Positions 19,396 to 29,800 of a stretch of DNA of 64,000 nt are shown here, piece by piece. Position 1 is the first letter of the stretch; every line of letters starts with the position of its first letter. The notes beneath the pieces are model-generated. The model ran no database searches, was not told the DNA's origin, and worked only from the letters and a program-made list of their open reading frames with translations. Origin of the DNA: Verrucomicrobiota bacterium (GTDB lineage Bacteria; Verrucomicrobiota; Verrucomicrobiia; Verrucomicrobiales; DEV007); contig JASFYY010000002.1 in NCBI GenBank assembly GCA_045046875.1, forward strand, positions 1-64,000, given 5' to 3'. The translations under genes and the position numbers were made by a program.

Positions 19396-20814
19396 TCAAG
19401 CGAGGATTTCTTTTGCTACATTGCCATGCACATCCGTCAGACGAAAATCGCGCCCTGCGTATTTATATGTCAGTCGCTCATGATCGAGCCCCATTAAATG
19501 CAGAATCGTGGCATGCCAGTCGTGAATGTGCATTTTGTTCTCCACCGCTTCATAGCCGTGTTCATCAGTCGCGCCATAACTGAATCCCCCTTTCACCCCT
19601 CCGCCAGCCATCCAGGTGGTGAAACCTTTGTTGTTATGATCCCGTCCGTCACCACCTTGACCGTGTGGAGTACGACCAAACTCCCCTGCCCAGATCACCA
19701 GGGTATCCTTTAGCATATCACGGCGCTTGAGATCCGCCAGCAAACCCGCAATCGGTTGATCGATCTGGCCGCAGTTGCGCTCCAGATCATTTTTGAGATT
19801 ACGATGCTGATCCCATCCACTGCCATGCGTGATCTCGACAAAACGAACGCCCGCTTCGACAAAACGACGCGCCAAAAGGCATTGTTTACCAAAAGCATCC
19901 GTAGCACCACCACCAATGCCATACAATTTGAGCGTCGCTGCCGATTCTTCGCTGAGATCCATTTTTTTGGGTAATTCATCCTGCATCCGATAACCCAGCT
20001 CAAACGACTCGATAATACCCTCAACCTCCGGTTGGTGGATATCATGGTCGAGTTTGTTTTTATTCAGTTTCTGGACAAGATCGAGGTAAACCTTCTGTTG
20101 TTCATCATTAAGGTTCGGACTTTTGATATTCGGAATTTTCACCACATCATCACCGCCTGCTGCTGAACCTCCCCGTCCCCGTCCCCGTCGACGTAATCTG
20201 GAGTTGATTTTAGTTCCCTGATAGATCGCCGGCAAAAACGAACTGCCGTAATTTTGCGCGCTGCTCACTGGATTGAGTGTAATGAAACCCGGCAGATTTG
20301 AGTTCTCCGAACCCAAGCCATATAAACTCCAGGCTCCCATCGAAGGTCTGACAAACTGAAAACTACCGGTATGCATTTGCAACGCAGCTTGCGGATGATT
20401 GGGCTGATCGGTCTGCATACTGCGCAACAAACAAAGTTCGTCAGCCTGTTTCGCAAGATTGGGAAAAAGGTCGGAAATCCACAAACCGCTTTTGCCGTGT
20501 TGATTAAAATCCCAAGGTGATTTCATCAACATCGCGCCTCGTGTACTGCCGAATTTACCGGCCTTACCATCATCCTTGGCCAAACGCGGTTTGTAATCAA
20601 AGGTGTCTACGTGCGAAGGTGCGCCGCGCATATTTAAGAAAATAACCCGCTTGGCCCGCCCCTCGAAATGTGGTTTTTTTGGTGACAACACATTACCGCC
20701 AGCGGCACGGGATTGTTCTGCAGCCAAGGCAGAAAACGCCAAATAGCCAAAACCGCTGGAAAGGGATTTTAAAGCGGATCTTCTTGAAAATGGAAGTGGA
20801 TTTTTCATAGTCAT
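19396..20814 (-). CDS. DUF1501 family protein (Tat-exported, sulfatase-like fold)
   Basis: SRRSALK Tat motif, GAPSHVDTFDYKP, ARRFVEAGVRFV, WDQH, GEFGRTP, GRDH. Confidence 0.92.
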   Translation of the reverse strand: MTMKNPLPFSRRSALKSLSSGFGYLAFSALAAEQSRAAGGNVLSPKKPHFEGRAKRVIFLNMRGAPSHVDTFDYKPRLAKDDGKAGKFGSTRGAMLMKSPWDFNQHGKSGLWISDLFPNLAKQADELCLLRSMQTDQPNHPQAALQMHTGSFQFVRPSMGAWSLYGLGSENSNLPGFITLNPVSSAQNYGSSFLPAIYQGTKINSRLRRRGRGRGGSAAGGDDVVKIPNIKSPNLNDEQQKVYLDLVQKLNKNKLDHDIHQPEVEGIIESFELGYRMQDELPKKMDLSEESAATLKLYGIGGGATDAFGKQCLLARRFVEAGVRFVEITHGSGWDQHRNLKNDLERNCGQIDQPIAGLLADLKRRDMLKDTLVIWAGEFGRTPHGQGGDGRDHNNKGFTTWMAGGGVKGGFSYGATDEHGYEAVENKMHIHDWHATILHLMGLDHERLTYKYAGRDFRLTDVHGNVAKEILA

Positions 20815-20838
20815 CTAAGTATTGGGTGAGTATTAAAA

Positions 20839-23304
20839 TTAGTTGATGTAGCGAAATTCTGCGGATGAAAACAAACCCTGGCAAAAAGTTGCGATCGCCA
20901 GTTGTTGGATTTTCTTCCGGCTTTCATTGCTGCCTTCAGCCGTCGATACGAATTTTTTGAAAAATTCCATACTGATACGAATTTCCTCCGCATTCGGATA
21001 ACGTCCGTAAGTACGTAAAAAAGCATGCTGCAGACGCTGCTTGGGATCATCGTAATTTTTCCACAAGGAAATGGCCATCGCTTTTGCCTGTTCGCTCACG
21101 AAAGAATTATTCATCATGTAGAGCGCCTGCAAAGGCACGTTGGTGGACTCGCGAGTGCCGTGCACCATGCCCGGTTCGGCATAATCAAACAAAGCCAGGG
21201 ACTCCGGCAGCATGTCACGAACAATAGGCAAATAAATGGATCGATTCACACTGGGTTGGTTAAAGGCCTCTTCGCCAACTCTAATGCCAACACGCACATT
21301 GCCAGTTTGGGCCACCAATGAAGCTCGTGGACGCTTGAGATCCAGTTGCCCGCTAGCTGCCAACATCGCGTCGCGAATCGATTCAGCGTCGAGGCGGCGT
21401 TGATTGGCGCGCCAAAGGAAATGATTATCCGGATCCTGGGTGTAATTTTCAGGATCAAATTTTGAGCTCATTTGGTAGCTACGCGATTTGACAATGTCGC
21501 GGATCAATGACTTGACCGACCAGCCACTGTCCATGAACCGGATAGCCAGGTAATCGAGCAATTCAGGATGAGTTGGAGCTTTCCCGGTGGTGCCAAAGTT
21601 GTCTGACGATTCTACGATGCCATTGCCAAATAGGTGCTGCCAGATTCGATTAACCATCACCCGGGCAGTCAGGGCATTTTCCTCAGAAGTCAGCCACTGT
21701 GCCAATTCGAGACGACCACTTGATGTGGAATTGATCTCCAGACTTCGCCCGTGATCCAGCACTTGAAGAAACCCCCGCTCGACCACTTGCGCCGGTTTGT
21801 CAATCTCTCCACGCAGCAACACTGCCGCATCAGCCGGTGAACCATTGTCCTGTACCCCCATCGCAAAAGTCTTGGCAATACCACTCTTTTGATATCCATT
21901 CACCTTCAACTCAAGCTGACTCATTAGTGTTCTAGTTCTGAGCGCTTTTCGTAAGGCATTGGTAGCAGCCTCTCCTTTGTTTTTCCCACGCTGTTGACGC
22001 AAGGCCAGCATCTCCTGACGCATTCCATCCAGCCTTTCCTGCATCGAAGCGAGCTCTTCGGTTGAAATCTTTTCACCCACAGGATCCGAGACCGGCAACA
22101 ATAACAATTCGGAAGGTCGTTTATTCTGCGCAAAAGCAAAAGTTCCAAAGTAGGTATCCGTGCTCGTAAATAGACCCGCCATGGCGTAATAATCGGTGAT
22201 CGGAATGGGATCAAATTTGTGATCATGGCAACGCGCACAAGATACAGTCAATCCAAGGATCGCCTGGGACAGTGTATCAATTTGCTCATCCACCACGTCC
22301 ATCTTGAACTGACGCGCACTCTGCTGGTTCAAACCCTTGGTGCCGATGGCCAGAAACCCGGTTGCAATCAGATTTTGCTGCCATTCTTGATCACTTTTGA
22401 CCGGTAACAGATCCCCCGCAATTTGCTCGGTGACAAAACGATCATAGGGTTTATCTGCATTAAAGGAATCGATCACATAATCGCGATAACGCCAAGCATT
22501 GGGAAAGAGCATATTAGTCTCTTTACCACTCGATTCCGCATAACGGGCTACATCCAACCAATGCCTGCCCCAACGCTCGCCGAACTGTCTGCTGGCCAAT
22601 AGTTTCTCTACGATATCAGCCACCGCTGAATCAGGATCCTTTTTCCACGCAGCGTAAAATCTCTTCACATTGGCAGATGAGGGCGGCAGGCCAATCAAAT
22701 CAAAATACAAACGCCGAACCAAGGTGGTCGCATCTGCGGCTTGCGCAGGTTTCATTTTCTCCTGTTCTAACTTGGCGAGCACAAAACGGTCAAGCTCTGC
22801 TTTAACCCAGTTTTCATCTTCCACTTTTGGCAGATCCCCGTTTTCTGGTTTTTGGAAGGACCAGAATTCTTTTCCTTCTTCAATGTCGATCTGCGATTTT
22901 ACGATGATCTTTTTTGTTCTTCGTGGATCGGGCGCACCCATTTCAATCCACTTTTTAAAGTCGGCCACAATATTTGCCGGTAAACGTTTTTTCGGGGGCA
23001 TTTCGTAGTCAGGGTCGCTGTAAGCGATCGAAGTCCAAAGCAGACTATCCAGTGGGTTTCCGGCAACAATGGAGGGTCCTGAATCACCGCCCAATCGCAA
23101 AGCTTCACGGGAATCAAGAGCCAGTCCACTTTTGATTTTTCCTCCTTCATTAGAGTGGCACTCGTAACAAGCATCCACCAAAACCGGGCGTATTTTCGAT
23201 TCAAAAAATGCCACTTGCTCGTCGTTAAGTTTTGCCTCTTGAGCAAACAATGAAGTATTGCTAGAAAGAATCAGAGGGATTAACAAGGCAGCTAAGTTTT
23301 TCAT
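20839..23304 (-). CDS. Planctomycete cytochrome c + DUF1549/DUF1553 (PSD1/PSD2) protein
   Basis: FFESKIRPVL...CYECH, ERWGRHWLDVARYAES, CARCHDHKFDPI, PTHPELLDYLA. Confidence 0.93.
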   Translation of the reverse strand: MKNLAALLIPLILSSNTSLFAQEAKLNDEQVAFFESKIRPVLVDACYECHSNEGGKIKSGLALDSREALRLGGDSGPSIVAGNPLDSLLWTSIAYSDPDYEMPPKKRLPANIVADFKKWIEMGAPDPRRTKKIIVKSQIDIEEGKEFWSFQKPENGDLPKVEDENWVKAELDRFVLAKLEQEKMKPAQAADATTLVRRLYFDLIGLPPSSANVKRFYAAWKKDPDSAVADIVEKLLASRQFGERWGRHWLDVARYAESSGKETNMLFPNAWRYRDYVIDSFNADKPYDRFVTEQIAGDLLPVKSDQEWQQNLIATGFLAIGTKGLNQQSARQFKMDVVDEQIDTLSQAILGLTVSCARCHDHKFDPIPITDYYAMAGLFTSTDTYFGTFAFAQNKRPSELLLLPVSDPVGEKISTEELASMQERLDGMRQEMLALRQQRGKNKGEAATNALRKALRTRTLMSQLELKVNGYQKSGIAKTFAMGVQDNGSPADAAVLLRGEIDKPAQVVERGFLQVLDHGRSLEINSTSSGRLELAQWLTSEENALTARVMVNRIWQHLFGNGIVESSDNFGTTGKAPTHPELLDYLAIRFMDSGWSVKSLIRDIVKSRSYQMSSKFDPENYTQDPDNHFLWRANQRRLDAESIRDAMLAASGQLDLKRPRASLVAQTGNVRVGIRVGEEAFNQPSVNRSIYLPIVRDMLPESLALFDYAEPGMVHGTRESTNVPLQALYMMNNSFVSEQAKAMAISLWKNYDDPKQRLQHAFLRTYGRYPNAEEIRISMEFFKKFVSTAEGSNESRKKIQQLAIATFCQGLFSSAEFRYIN

Positions 23305-23353
23305 ATGGGCGATCTATATTTATTTAGTGGAGAACGATTTCCCGTTCAGCGGG

Positions 23354-23385
23354 ATAGAACTCCACTACTTGATTGTGGTTGCGCA
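23354..23385 (-). promoter_or_regulatory. Putative ECF-sigma promoter for the DUF1549/DUF1553-DUF1501 operon
   Basis: Minus strand TGCGCAAC-N17-GTTCTAT. Confidence 0.6.
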
Positions 23386-23414
23386 TTAATATTTTAATTA
23401 TTTTTTTATTTTTC

Positions 23415-23446
23415 TGCGCAACTCTTCCTACTGCCGGGTGTTCGAT
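23415..23446 (+). promoter_or_regulatory. Putative ECF-sigma promoter for the EF-hand gene
   Basis: Plus strand TGCGCAAC-N17-GTTCGAT, same boxes and spacing as the divergent copy. Confidence 0.6.
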
Positions 23447-23483
23447 GCTTTGAATAAACCTTCAATAATCAAATTTGAATATC

Positions 23484-23960
23484 ATGAAAAAAATAACTAC
23501 CAAAGTAATCATATCCGCTCTTGTCATGCTTCCTTTATGTTTCTCCTACGCAGAGGAGGACGATGCCAAAAAAGGTAAAGAAAGGGGCCGTCCCCAAGCT
23601 GGAAAAGGGCACCCCGAAGGACGTCCTCCCCACGGCCCGGGTGGTCCTGGAGGCCCAGGTGGTGGTCTGCCAAAATTCGAAGACATCGATACCGATGGCA
23701 GTGGTGACATCTCCCAAACCGAATGGACAGCGTTTCACCTTAAAACCGCAAAAGAGCGAGCTGAGCGCTCATTCCAATTCATTTCCGGCGGAGATGACAA
23801 AATCACTGCTGAAGAACTGGAAGAAATGATGAAACGACATCGTGCAGGCAGAGGAAAAGGCCGACCAGGAGATGAAAAGAGCATGAAGAGGGGCAAAAAA
23901 AGACCCGAGGATGCTGTTGATGGAAGCGGTCAAAAACCCAAGCGCCCTGCAGCAGAATAG
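23484..23960 (+). CDS. Secreted EF-hand protein with Gly/Pro- and Lys/Arg-rich disordered flanks
   Basis: Signal peptide; DTDGSGDISQTEW EF-hand plus a degenerate second loop (GGDDKITAEEL). Confidence 0.8.
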   Translation: MKKITTKVIISALVMLPLCFSYAEEDDAKKGKERGRPQAGKGHPEGRPPHGPGGPGGPGGGLPKFEDIDTDGSGDISQTEWTAFHLKTAKERAERSFQFISGGDDKITAEELEEMMKRHRAGRGKGRPGDEKSMKRGKKRPEDAVDGSGQKPKRPAAE

Positions 23961-23966
23961 GTAGTT

Positions 23967-25262
23967 TTACCACATGGTGTAAGCGCCTGGATTGATTTGA
24001 TTATTCGCGCACCAGCGCAGCACCATTTTGCGAGTAAGATTCGACGGTCGTCGATTTCTCCAGGCTTTCACCTGCTGCAATTTTCTGCTGTTGCAGTTCA
24101 CTTCCAAAGTGACATCCCGATCCAGTGCGCCGTCTTCCAGCCTCCTGCTACGCAGACTAAAAATAGAAACCTTCCCATTTTTGCAATCCCAGCCATAATC
24201 CGCTACGCAGTGTTGCATATCCCGAGCTTCTTCTTGCAAATCATCTTGGCGATTAAGTTCAACCATCTGCCAGAACCAACCTTCCATAGACTCTTCAAAA
24301 GGTTTTATGCTCTCCATGGGTTGCCATTGGTCGGCGCAAAACTGCAGTAATCTGGATCGATTATCAGCAGACGTGATATCAAATTTATCAATAGTAGAAT
24401 CGAACCCGGATTGTTCGCCCAGATTTTTAAAAAAGTTGCTTGCCGAACTATACAGAGTTTCCAATGTTCTGCCCCGAAGACGAACAGACCGTGTTCCATG
24501 AAGTTCGCATTTAGCCCATAAATAGTCTATCACCAGCTCCATAAAATCCATCGGCTTGGGGTCGGAAGCCAACATTTCCAGCAACGGAAGCCAAACCGCA
24601 TCATGCGAAAAATTCAGCCCAATTCGAGTTGTCAGTAAATAGGCTGCCTTTTTTTCGTCATGAAATATCGCCATTACTTGGCCATACCTCACGGCATCAC
24701 GCATAGACATATCATTCGCTGCAGACAGAAAATACTTGCTTCCCTGACGAGTTAGTTTTGGCAACCAGCCCGGGAAACGACGGATACTGCCTCCTCTTGC
24801 CAGATGACAATACCAATCCCGCTCAATGTGATTCAAAGCACCATCAATAAACCAGGCCCTATTGCAAAAGTCAGGCAGTTCATAGCGATTCAACAAATGT
24901 TGAATCAATGATATTAACAAAGATCGTGGCTCCAGCTGTTTGTTCGGTTGCCAGCTTTCCGGATCACGGATCCAATCTTCCTGATATTCAGCCAAGCGCA
25001 GCAAAACAGGGATCACATTCAAGTTGTTGCGATCAACCTGCGTGAGCAGAGTCGTGCGGGCTTCTACCACAGGTAAGAGCCTGAGACAAGGCGCTTGAAG
25101 GCGACGAGTCCATCGATTTTCTGCCCGGAACATTTTAGCTAATATTCGGGTATGTTGCCTGAGATAAGGGTTGCCGATCCAGCTTCCTGACCACGGTTTC
25201 CCCGTCAATATCGAGCGGGTAACCGAGCGGAACACTGCCTTCGGCGGAAGGATAGTATTCAT
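23967..25262 (-). CDS. PcfJ domain-containing protein
   Basis: C-terminal EL....DLQEEARDMQHCVADY...C..G..SIFSLR...TLEV......QVKA..N; WIRDPESW N-terminal motif; alternative start at 25307. Confidence 0.8.
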   Translation of the reverse strand: MNTILPPKAVFRSVTRSILTGKPWSGSWIGNPYLRQHTRILAKMFRAENRWTRRLQAPCLRLLPVVEARTTLLTQVDRNNLNVIPVLLRLAEYQEDWIRDPESWQPNKQLEPRSLLISLIQHLLNRYELPDFCNRAWFIDGALNHIERDWYCHLARGGSIRRFPGWLPKLTRQGSKYFLSAANDMSMRDAVRYGQVMAIFHDEKKAAYLLTTRIGLNFSHDAVWLPLLEMLASDPKPMDFMELVIDYLWAKCELHGTRSVRLRGRTLETLYSSASNFFKNLGEQSGFDSTIDKFDITSADNRSRLLQFCADQWQPMESIKPFEESMEGWFWQMVELNRQDDLQEEARDMQHCVADYGWDCKNGKVSIFSLRSRRLEDGALDRDVTLEVNCNSRKLQQVKAWRNRRPSNLTRKMVLRWCANNQINPGAYTMW

Positions 25263-25621
25263 CACTAAAATAGTTTTAATTCCTGATATTACCCAGCGGA
25301 CAGACATGCAGATTCCGTAAGGCGGAATGTGTCTTTGCCCGAATGGGATGGAGGTGGGATAGGCTAGGACATAGCTAGCCTAGTCAAACGCGAGTCACAA
25401 AGGCGACTCATTCGTTTGACCTACAAATCAGGAAAACTGTTCTGCAAAGATCATGAGATAATAATGTAGGTAAACATATTGATGTCAAGCTAGTAAAACC
25501 TTAATAAAAGCAATGCGAAAAAACCAATCACGCGCCCTCCCGGGAAGGCTCTATTGACCTGACAACTCACTGACTATTTAACTTTAAATCTTGTCAGATC
25601 CAATCTTTTTTTACCCTGCCA

Positions 25622-26719
25622 TTAGCGGATGCGTTTCCATCGCGTCAACGTTCCACTCGGTCTTCCCTTCCGTTGCCAGACCCCTATCACCAAAGACTCC
25701 CCATCGGGACTGATATCGGCGTCATGAATACCATCAAGCCCCGCTTCGATATAATCCTTGGGCATTTTCAGCGTAGAAACGATCTCTCCGTTTCTTTTTA
25801 CAAAAGCCACTCGCGCATTGAGACAAGGAACTACGATCACATCCTTGTGAAAACGCACATTGCAGGGCGAATACCCTTTCAGCACAATCTGATCGAGCAT
25901 CTTTTTGCCGCCTTCTTCGCGGTAATGCGGGCTCATGTCGAGATTGTAATACACCAAACGCTGGTTGCTGCGGTCGGCAAATAACAGCAACTTACGCACG
26001 GGATCATAATTCACTCCGTGTGGTGTGCGGAATTGATTAGCTCCCTTCCCTTTGGAGGCAAAATTTTTCCCCAGCAGAGCCCCGCTGTTCTTACGCCGCA
26101 AATGCACCCGACTGCTGCCGTAACCATCACTGACAAACACATTACCCCCCGTAGCAATGCCTACCGCGCTGGTGGGTTTGTAAGCTTCGGGGTAGGGATG
26201 ATCGTTCTGGGTCCAGAGAAAATCGCCAGCCTTGTTTGAAGCAGCACCCTGGGAATTGGTCTGGGTCACGCTGCCGTGGGTATTGGCAAACAGGATCCAT
26301 TTTTTTTCATCACCGTCGGTCCACAAATTAATGCCGTGAATCTCGCCTTCCGCCCACGAGCGTTCGCCCAATAAATCAACTTGAGAGAAATCGGACGACC
26401 ACCGCGCCATCGCCCGGGTGGCTTCACTGCGTTTGTCCTCATAGGTAGTGTAGATCACATAACAACGGCCATTGGAGTCAAATTTGACCCCGTGATAGTG
26501 CTGGGCGTTATCAGCCTGTTTTTTTGGCAAGCTGATACCATCCGGAATCAACTCAAAACTATAGGATGCCTGTCCCAAAGTGATTTTTTGTTTCAGTAGA
26601 TTATCTTGTCCTGACGCTGACAACTGGTGCGCGTCCTGCTTTTTATCCCCATGGGCATGAAGCCCAATCGGGCTTGTAAGGCAAATCGTCGTGAGCAGCA
26701 GTAAATGGAGATTTTTCAT
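25622..26719 (-). CDS. Secreted NHL-repeat (6-bladed beta-propeller) protein
   Basis: FVSDGYGSSRV, FRTPHG, ADRSNQR; signal peptide from MKNLHLL. Confidence 0.75.
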   Translation of the reverse strand: MKNLHLLLLTTICLTSPIGLHAHGDKKQDAHQLSASGQDNLLKQKITLGQASYSFELIPDGISLPKKQADNAQHYHGVKFDSNGRCYVIYTTYEDKRSEATRAMARWSSDFSQVDLLGERSWAEGEIHGINLWTDGDEKKWILFANTHGSVTQTNSQGAASNKAGDFLWTQNDHPYPEAYKPTSAVGIATGGNVFVSDGYGSSRVHLRRKNSGALLGKNFASKGKGANQFRTPHGVNYDPVRKLLLFADRSNQRLVYYNLDMSPHYREEGGKKMLDQIVLKGYSPCNVRFHKDVIVVPCLNARVAFVKRNGEIVSTLKMPKDYIEAGLDGIHDADISPDGESLVIGVWQRKGRPSGTLTRWKRIR

Positions 26720-26879
26720 ACTTCTAGCAGTATGCCGAGCCCCGGCTGCACCACAACGGCTTTTTATATGCCAAGCGACCTTCTTCCCCCCACCATTCAC
26801 TTAATATCTTTCATCTTCGAGCCAATCTTGCTTGCAAGGTGGGTGGCTCTATCTTTAAGGTGCATGAAATAGTTTTCTG

Positions 26880-29800
26880 ATGGCCGCCGACCCTTTTATA
26901 CATCTTCATTTACACACTGAGTATTCCCTGCTCGATGGGGCGGTGCGGATCTCAGATTTGGTCAAAAAAGCCGAGCGCTGCAAGATGCCGGCAGTGGCGA
27001 TGACCGATCATGGCAATATTTTCGGCGCAATCGATTTTTATCAAAAAACCACCAGTGCCGGGATCAAACCTCTCATCGGCTGCGAAGCCTATCTCACCCC
27101 ACCCGGCGTGAGCCTGACCTCCCGCGACCCCGATCCAAAAAAACGCGGTAATTCGCACCTGACCCTCTTAGCCACCAATAACAAGGGCTGGTATAATCTG
27201 ACCAAACTAGTCACCAAAGGGCATCTGGATGGCAATTATTACAAACCTCGCATCGATAAGGAGGCTCTTGCCGAGTACAGCGAGGGACTGATCTGTCTGA
27301 GCGGTTGCCTTAATGGCGAGATCAACCAGATGATCCTCGATGAGCAGCTCGATGCGGCTCGTAAGAGCATCGGAGAATTCAGCGATATTTTTGGTAAAGA
27401 GAATTTTTTCCTCGAAGTGCACGATCACGGCCTGGATCAGCAGCACCGCTGCACCGAGCAGATGATCAAGTTCAGCAACGAATACGATCTCGGTCTGGTT
27501 GCCGCCAACGACGTGCATTTCCTCGATCGCAAGCACCACGAGGCTCACGATGTGATGATCTGCATCGGCAGTGGTTCGTTGCAGATGGATGAAAACCGTC
27601 CACGCTACTCACCCGAAGTCTATTTCAAGACCGGGCGCGAGATGATGGCGCTGTTCAAGGACGTGCCAGGGGCGATCAGCAATACCTTTGCCATCGCTGA
27701 TCGCTGCGACGTGACAATGAAACTGGATCCGACCAATTCAGAAAAATACCCCCAGTTTGACCCGCCCGGCGAACTCAGTCGTGAAGATTACTTTCGCGAA
27801 CTGTGTCTCGAAGGCCTGCGCGCGCGTTACGGCGCTCGAGCGGATACCGATCAAGAACTGAAAACCCGGCTCGATTATGAAATCGGCATCATGGAGAAAA
27901 TGGGTTTCCTCTCCTACTTCCTCATCACTTGGGATTTCATCAAATGGGCACGGGACAACGGCATTCCCGTCGGCCCCGGCCGTGGTTCGGCCGCCGGCTC
28001 GCTGGTCGCTTACGTTTTGTGGATCACTGATTTGTGCCCGATGCGTTTTGGCCTGATTTTCGAACGTTTCCTCAATCCCGAACGTGTATCCCCTCCCGAT
28101 ATCGACGTCGATTTCTGTCAGTCACGCCGTGGAGAAGTGATCGAATATGTACGGCAAAAATACGGTGACCGCGCGGTGTCGCACATCGTCACCTTCGGCA
28201 CTCTGGGGGCCAAAAGCGTGGTGCGCGATGTGGCCCGGGTGATGGGTCTCAGCTACGGTGACGGCGACCGCCTCGCCAAGATGATTCCCAACGAGCTGAA
28301 CATCACGCTCAAGGATGCCAAAAAGAAAAACCCTGATCTGAAAGAAGCGCTCGATACCGAGGCCGCCAGCAAAAAAGTCTGGGATTATTCGATGTTCTTG
28401 GAAGGGCTGACCCGTGGCACCGGCATTCACGCCGCCGGCATCGTCATCGGCGACCGCGACCTGTCAGAATACATCGCCCTGACCCGGGGAAAAGAAGACG
28501 AGGTGGTCACCCAATACGCCATGTCTCCGCTCACCGAGCTGGGCATGCTGAAAATGGATTTCCTTGGCCTGAAAACCCTAACCGTGATTCAGGACGCCGT
28601 GGACTTGATCCACATCCGCGAACCGGATTTCAAGCTCGATGTCACCGAACTCAATGACAAAGCCGCCTTTGACCTGCTCAACCGGGGAGAGACCATCGGC
28701 GTGTTCCAGCTGGAGTCTGGCGGCATGATGAGCCTCTGTCGACGTTTTGGAGTGGACCGCATCGAGGACATCATTGCCCTGATCGCGCTCTATCGACCGG
28801 GGCCGATGGAGCTGATCCCCGACTTCATTGATCGTAAAAAGGGCAAGAAAAAAGTCGAGTACCTGCACCCCCTCTTGGAGGACGTCAGCGCGGAAACTTT
28901 TGGTATTTTGATCTATCAGGAGCAGGTGCAGAAAGCCGCCAACGTGCTCGCCGGTTACTCACTCGGAGAAGCTGATATGCTGCGTCGGGCGATGGGGAAA
29001 AAGAAAGTCTCCGAGATGCAGAAACAACGGCTGAAGTTTGTTGAAGGCTGCGCGAGGGTCAACCAGATTCCGGAGAAAAAAGCCAATGACATCTTTGATT
29101 TGTTGGAAAAATTTGCCGGTTATGGGTTTAACAAATCACACTCTGCAGCTTACGGACTGATCTCTTACCAGACCGCTTATCTGAAGGCCAACTACCCGGT
29201 CGAGTTCATGGCGGCCTTGTTAAGCAACGAGATCAATAATACCGAGAAAATTTCTGTTTTTGTGGCCGAGTGCAAAAACATGGGCATCGATATATTTGCC
29301 CCGGATGTCAATCGCAGCTCCTTGAAGTTCGCCCCCGAGTGGGCTGATGAAGAAGCCAAAACCGCATCCGCCAAGGCGATCCGATTTGGACTGGCGGCGG
29401 TCAAAAACGTCGGTGGAGCGGCGATGGAAACCGCCATAGAAAACAGAAGTCAAAAAGGCTCTTTTGAATCCCTCGAGGACTTCGCTACCCGTCTCGATAG
29501 CAAGACGGTCAACAAAAAGATCATGGAAAGCTTGATCAAAGCAGGCGCTTTTGATTTCAGCAATTACCGCAGGGATGAAATGTTCTCTCGCCTCAGCCAA
29601 GTGCTCGCCGCCTCCAATGCTGCCGCCAAGGATCGCGCCAGTGGTCAGGTTTCCCTCTTTGACATGACCGAAGTCGCTGCGGCTGCGCCCATGCCCTCTC
29701 TCGATGGCGAAGAACGGGTGATTTGGTCCGCAGAAGAAATGCTGACTCAGGAAAAAGAGCTGCTGGGATTTTATGTCTCCGGACATCCCCTGGATCCCTA

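Noticed and set aside
25451..25477. Ile-rich leader peptide MFTYIIIS as an amino-acid attenuator
   Set aside because: It lies within the spacer of the predicted TTGACA promoter, and the downstream gene is unrelated to amino-acid synthesis
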